Assembly (NCBI GenBank): GCA_040901675.1
Contig: JBBDYJ010000041.1
Span: forward strand, 10,475-74,474
DNA length: 64,000 bases
Origin: Pirellulales bacterium
GTDB taxonomy: Bacteria > Planctomycetota > Planctomycetia > Pirellulales > JAICIG01
Reading direction: 5' to 3'
The notes under the pieces were generated by a model. The model was given only the letters and a program-made list of their open reading frames with translations. It was not told the DNA's origin and did not search any database. The stretch's first letter is position 1. The number at the start of each line of letters is the position of its first letter. The translations under genes were made by a program, and so were the position numbers. Shown here piece by piece: positions 60,640 to 64,000 of this stretch.

Positions 60640-61788
60640 TCAATGCCCGACGCCCCAGCGGAGATGGCTGGTCCGTTTCACCTCCGGGTCGTGATTCATC
60701 AGCTCGGAAGGGGCCCGCTTGATGCCGGCGCCGGGCCTGATGGCGCCACGCACGCCGAGCAGCTCCGGATGGCGGGCAATCTTGTCGGAAAACGTGCGGA
60801 CGTCGCGGACGATCGGCCCCAGCTCCCTGGTCAGCTCGTTGATGTTCGTGGCCGCCGAGTTGATCTGCTGGTAGACATCGGGGTTGCTCAGCAACTGCCC
60901 GAGCGAGCCGCGAGGGTCGGTGAGCGAATCGCTGAACGTGCCCAACTGGGTTAGCACCTGGTCGAGCCTGGCGGTGGCGCGTTCCACGTTTTCGACGAGC
61001 TGGCCGCCCCGCTCGCCCAAGGGCCTGGTGAAACCTTCGAGGTTGGCCAGGTTGCGGTCGACGCCCGACAGCGTGTTGCGCAGGCCGCCGATGGTATCGC
61101 GGGCCTCGTCGAGCACCTTGGGCAGATCGGCGATGGCCCGCCTGAGATTCTCCTTGACGACCGGGTCGCTGAGCACTTCGTCGGTGCTCTCGATGGTGGC
61201 CCGCAGGCGGTCGATCGTCTGCTCGCTCTTGTCCACGATGCGTGCGATCTGCTCTTCGTTGGTTTCCAACACGTCGCTGACGCGGCGGGCGAGGATGCCG
61301 ATCTCTTCGCTCGTCCGCCCCACCGAGCCGATCGCCTGCGCCAGGTTGCCTTCCAGGTTCGAGATCACCTGCAGCGGGTCGGACTGCTGAACACCGACCA
61401 CCCAATCGCCGTCCTTGAAGTATTCGTCCGGGGTGTGGGCCGGGTCTCCGTCGATGAACTCCAGCACCGCGTCCCCCAGCAGCGAGTTCTGGATGCGGCA
61501 GACTTCGTCCTTCCGCAGCCGTACGTCGGAGTTGATCTCCACCGTCACCTCGGCCCCCGCCTCGTCTTCCGCGAAGCCCACTTGCGACACGTGGCCGATG
61601 CGGATGCCGAACTTGCGCACCGGGGTGTCCTGCACCACGCCGGGCGCCTGCAGGAAGTGAATGTGCAAGGTGTACGTCCCTCGGACCAGTGCGGGGAAAT
61701 GGCCGAACAGCAGCACGAGAATGGCCGTGATGATGATCGAGGCCAGCACCATCACGCCCACGCGGAACTGTACGACTCGTTCGTCCAT
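60640..61788 (-). CDS. mlaD: MCE/MlaD family protein
   Basis: N-terminal TM, 'APGV..DTPVRKFGIRIGHV', 'SLLGD', long helical C-terminus. Confidence 0.9.
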   Translation of the reverse strand: MDERVVQFRVGVMVLASIIITAILVLLFGHFPALVRGTYTLHIHFLQAPGVVQDTPVRKFGIRIGHVSQVGFAEDEAGAEVTVEINSDVRLRKDEVCRIQNSLLGDAVLEFIDGDPAHTPDEYFKDGDWVVGVQQSDPLQVISNLEGNLAQAIGSVGRTSEEIGILARRVSDVLETNEEQIARIVDKSEQTIDRLRATIESTDEVLSDPVVKENLRRAIADLPKVLDEARDTIGGLRNTLSGVDRNLANLEGFTRPLGERGGQLVENVERATARLDQVLTQLGTFSDSLTDPRGSLGQLLSNPDVYQQINSAATNINELTRELGPIVRDVRTFSDKIARHPELLGVRGAIRPGAGIKRAPSELMNHDPEVKRTSHLRWGVGH

Positions 61789-61831
61789 GCTATCGCCGCG
61801 TTGAAGTTCCAGCCTCTGCCGCCGAACGCTC

Positions 61832-62671
61832 CTAGGCGCGCGAGGCCTGGGCCTGTTCGCGCATTTCCATCAACCGCTCGCCCGCCTCGCCCCGGATGAA
61901 CTGCGCCACCCGCTTGTCGCGCACCGCCTCGAGCTGGTCGGGCCGCCCGTCGAAAATCACCTGCGGTTCGCCCGCCTCCAGCCGTGCCAGCGGGTACAGC
62001 ATCACGATCCGGTCGGCCACCTTGCGGGCCGTGTTCATGTCGTGCGTGACCACCACCCCCGTGACCGGCTGCAGCCGCCGCGTGCGGAGGATCAGCTCGT
62101 TGATGACGTCGCTCATGATCGGATCCAGCCCCGTGGTCGGCTCGTCGTACAGAATGATCTCGGGATCCATGACCAGCGCCCGGGCCAGCCCCACCCGTTT
62201 CCGCATGCCGCCCGACAGCTCGGCCGGCTTGCGCGCCAGCACGTTCTCCGGCAGCCCTACCTGGGCCAGCCGCTCCAACACGATCTTGCGCACCTCGCCC
62301 TCCGGCTTGTCGCTGTGCTGACGCAGCGGAAAGGCCACGTTCTCGAGCACCGTCATGCTGTCGAACAGGGCCGCCTGCTGGAACAAAAAACCGTAACGCA
62401 CCCGCTGGCGGCTCAGCTCCTGCTCGTTCATGCCGGCCAGGTCGCGGCCGTCGAACAAGACCTGCCCCCGCGTGGGGTGCACCAGCCCGATCATGCTCTT
62501 CATCAGCACCGTCTTGCCGCAGCCGCTTTCGCCGATCACCGCCAACGTCTGGCCTCGCGGAATGACCAGGTCGATGCCGTGCAGCACGTGATGCCGGCCG
62601 AAATCGACGCACAGTCCGCGGGCCTCGACCAGCGGCTCGGCGGCCTTCGGATTGGAACGGTCGCTTGCCAT
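61832..62671 (-). CDS. mlaF: ABC ATP-binding protein MlaF
   Basis: 'GESGCGKT', 'FQQAALFDS', 'LSGGMRKRVGLARAL', 'YDEPTTGLDP'. Confidence 0.94.
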   Translation of the reverse strand: MASDRSNPKAAEPLVEARGLCVDFGRHHVLHGIDLVIPRGQTLAVIGESGCGKTVLMKSMIGLVHPTRGQVLFDGRDLAGMNEQELSRQRVRYGFLFQQAALFDSMTVLENVAFPLRQHSDKPEGEVRKIVLERLAQVGLPENVLARKPAELSGGMRKRVGLARALVMDPEIILYDEPTTGLDPIMSDVINELILRTRRLQPVTGVVVTHDMNTARKVADRIVMLYPLARLEAGEPQVIFDGRPDQLEAVRDKRVAQFIRGEAGERLMEMREQAQASRA

Positions 62672-62676
62672 GATGC

Positions 62677-63555
62677 CTAAAAGAACCCCACCCCCTCGGG
62701 CCACAGGTAGTGATACACGGTGTTGATCAGAATGCCCAGCAGCAGGTCGAGGATCAGGATCATCACGAAGGAGTAGACAAAGGCGCTCGTCGCCGCGCGG
62801 CCCACGCCTTCGGCCCCCGGGTCGCAGTTGAATCCGCGATAGCAACTGATCAGGGCGATGGCCGCCCCGAAGAACAGGCTCTTGAACACGCCGCTGAACA
62901 CATCGTACAGGCCCACCACCTTGCGCGAGTTCTCCCAGTAGTGGTGCGAGTCGATGTCCAGGCGGATCGTGCTGTACAGCCAGCCGCCGATGATCCCCAT
63001 GAAGTCGGCCATCACCGTCAGCGTGGGGATCAGGAACAGGCAGCCCAGGAAGCGGGGCACGACCAGGTAATGGATCGGGTTGGCGCCCATGCTCGACAGC
63101 GCGTCGATCTGCTCGGTGACCCGCATCGTTCCCAGCTCGGCAGCCATGGCGCTGCCCACCCGCCCCGCCAGCATGGTGGCCGCCAGCACGGGCCCCAGCT
63201 CGCGCAGCAACGTCAGGTTGATCACCCCTCCCAGGCGGGTCTCGAGGTGAAAGTAGCGAAACGTCGAGTGGCTCTGTTCGGCCAGCACCATGCCGATGAA
63301 CGTGCCGGTCAGGGCCACGACCGGCAGGCTCAGCACGCCGATCTGGTAGAAGTTTGGCAGCAAGGTTTCTTTGCGTGGCAGCCGGGTCAACAACCACGTG
63401 AACGTCCGCAGCCCGAACAGCGAGATATCGCCCAGGGCCGCCACCCGGCCCAGCACCAGTCCGCCCAGCCGGCTGATCCAGTCGGTGGCCACCTCGGCCG
63501 GCCGCCAGCCTGCCGGCCCGTGGGGTGAGGCGAAATCCGTCGCGCCCTGTGACAT
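62677..63555 (-). CDS. mlaE: ABC permease MlaE
   Basis: 'RELGPVL', '[24 protein letters not shown]', 'YLVVPR', 'GAEGVG'. Confidence 0.95.
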   Translation of the reverse strand: MSQGATDFASPHGPAGWRPAEVATDWISRLGGLVLGRVAALGDISLFGLRTFTWLLTRLPRKETLLPNFYQIGVLSLPVVALTGTFIGMVLAEQSHSTFRYFHLETRLGGVINLTLLRELGPVLAATMLAGRVGSAMAAELGTMRVTEQIDALSSMGANPIHYLVVPRFLGCLFLIPTLTVMADFMGIIGGWLYSTIRLDIDSHHYWENSRKVVGLYDVFSGVFKSLFFGAAIALISCYRGFNCDPGAEGVGRAATSAFVYSFVMILILDLLLGILINTVYHYLWPEGVGFF

Positions 63556-63829
63556 CGGAGCAGTTTCTTCCCCTGGTACGGGCGGCGGACAACACCCCGC
63601 GCGCCGAGTGGACGCAGATAGTCAGCTCTTGTTTCGGCTGGTCAAACCGTGCCGCATGAGGGAAGTTTACGGATCAATTGGACTGGGCAGGCAAGGTGGA
63701 AGAGGCGTTCTAGGCAGCTTTGGCTTTCACCTGTTCGCGCTGTTCTTCCTATTCGGCGCGCTGAACTACGCCCGAGACTGGCGGCGGCAGGCGCTGGCCT
63801 GGAGCGCCAGCGCGAGTTGAATGTCTATC

Positions 63830-64000
63830 GGGTGCCTGGGGCAAAGCGTTAGCGTGCCCCAGTCGTTCGATTTGGCACGTGGATGTCTGGGGCGCATCGG
63901 GTGCCTGGGGCAAAGCGTTAGCGTGCCCCAGTTGCTCGATTTGGTACGTGGATGTCTGGGGCGCATCGGGTGCCTGGGGCAAAGCGTTAGCGTGCCCCAG
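63830..64000. repeat. Tandem array (69-bp period) of family C REP elements; may continue beyond the window
   Basis: GGGTGCCTGGGGCAAAGCGTTAGCGTGCCCCAG at 63830, 63899 and 63968, with near-identical 36-bp linkers. Confidence 0.92.

Noticed and set aside
63830..64000. CRISPR array
   Set aside because: Spacers are near-identical, the repeat is dispersed elsewhere in the window, and no cas genes are seen

Overview
High-GC bacterial chromosome segment. Gene content and style (extended SecA, eukaryote-type UDPGP-family pyrophosphorylase, BlaI/M56 pair, short NuoG, GTAG-type REP elements) suggest a Planctomycetota genome; this assignment is an inference. The backbone carries a glycosylation cluster end, waaA, secA, phnP-like/UAP/manC/ruvX genes, a desaturase, an M20 peptidase, a complete nuoA-N set split into two blocks, mrp, lpxB and mlaDFE. 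There are two accessory regions. (i) A ~4.3 kb antisense insert between nuoF and nuoG holds a GNAT toxin with an AbrB-like/DUF1778-like antitoxin, a HigA-ImmA remnant and duplicated gene debris; each nuo half has its own perfect Rex-type operator. (ii) A ~13 kb island (about 41.1-54.5 kb) holds the best candidate for a new system: a 1055-aa XRE-HTH + NACHT NTPase + HEAT-repeat protein fused at its C-terminus to an MNT nucleotidyltransferase antitoxin domain and overlapping a HEPN toxin gene, i.e. an NLR-like sensor wired to a HEPN/MNT toxin-antitoxin pair. The island also has a cytoplasmic subtilase + MBL-fold hydrolase + GH13 operon. Smaller finds are a ~60-nt candidate sRNA, a 40-aa zinc-ribbon ORF missing from the ORF track, and several REP families. 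No rRNA, tRNA, CRISPR array, integrase or transposase was found. All calls are motif-based, with no database search.
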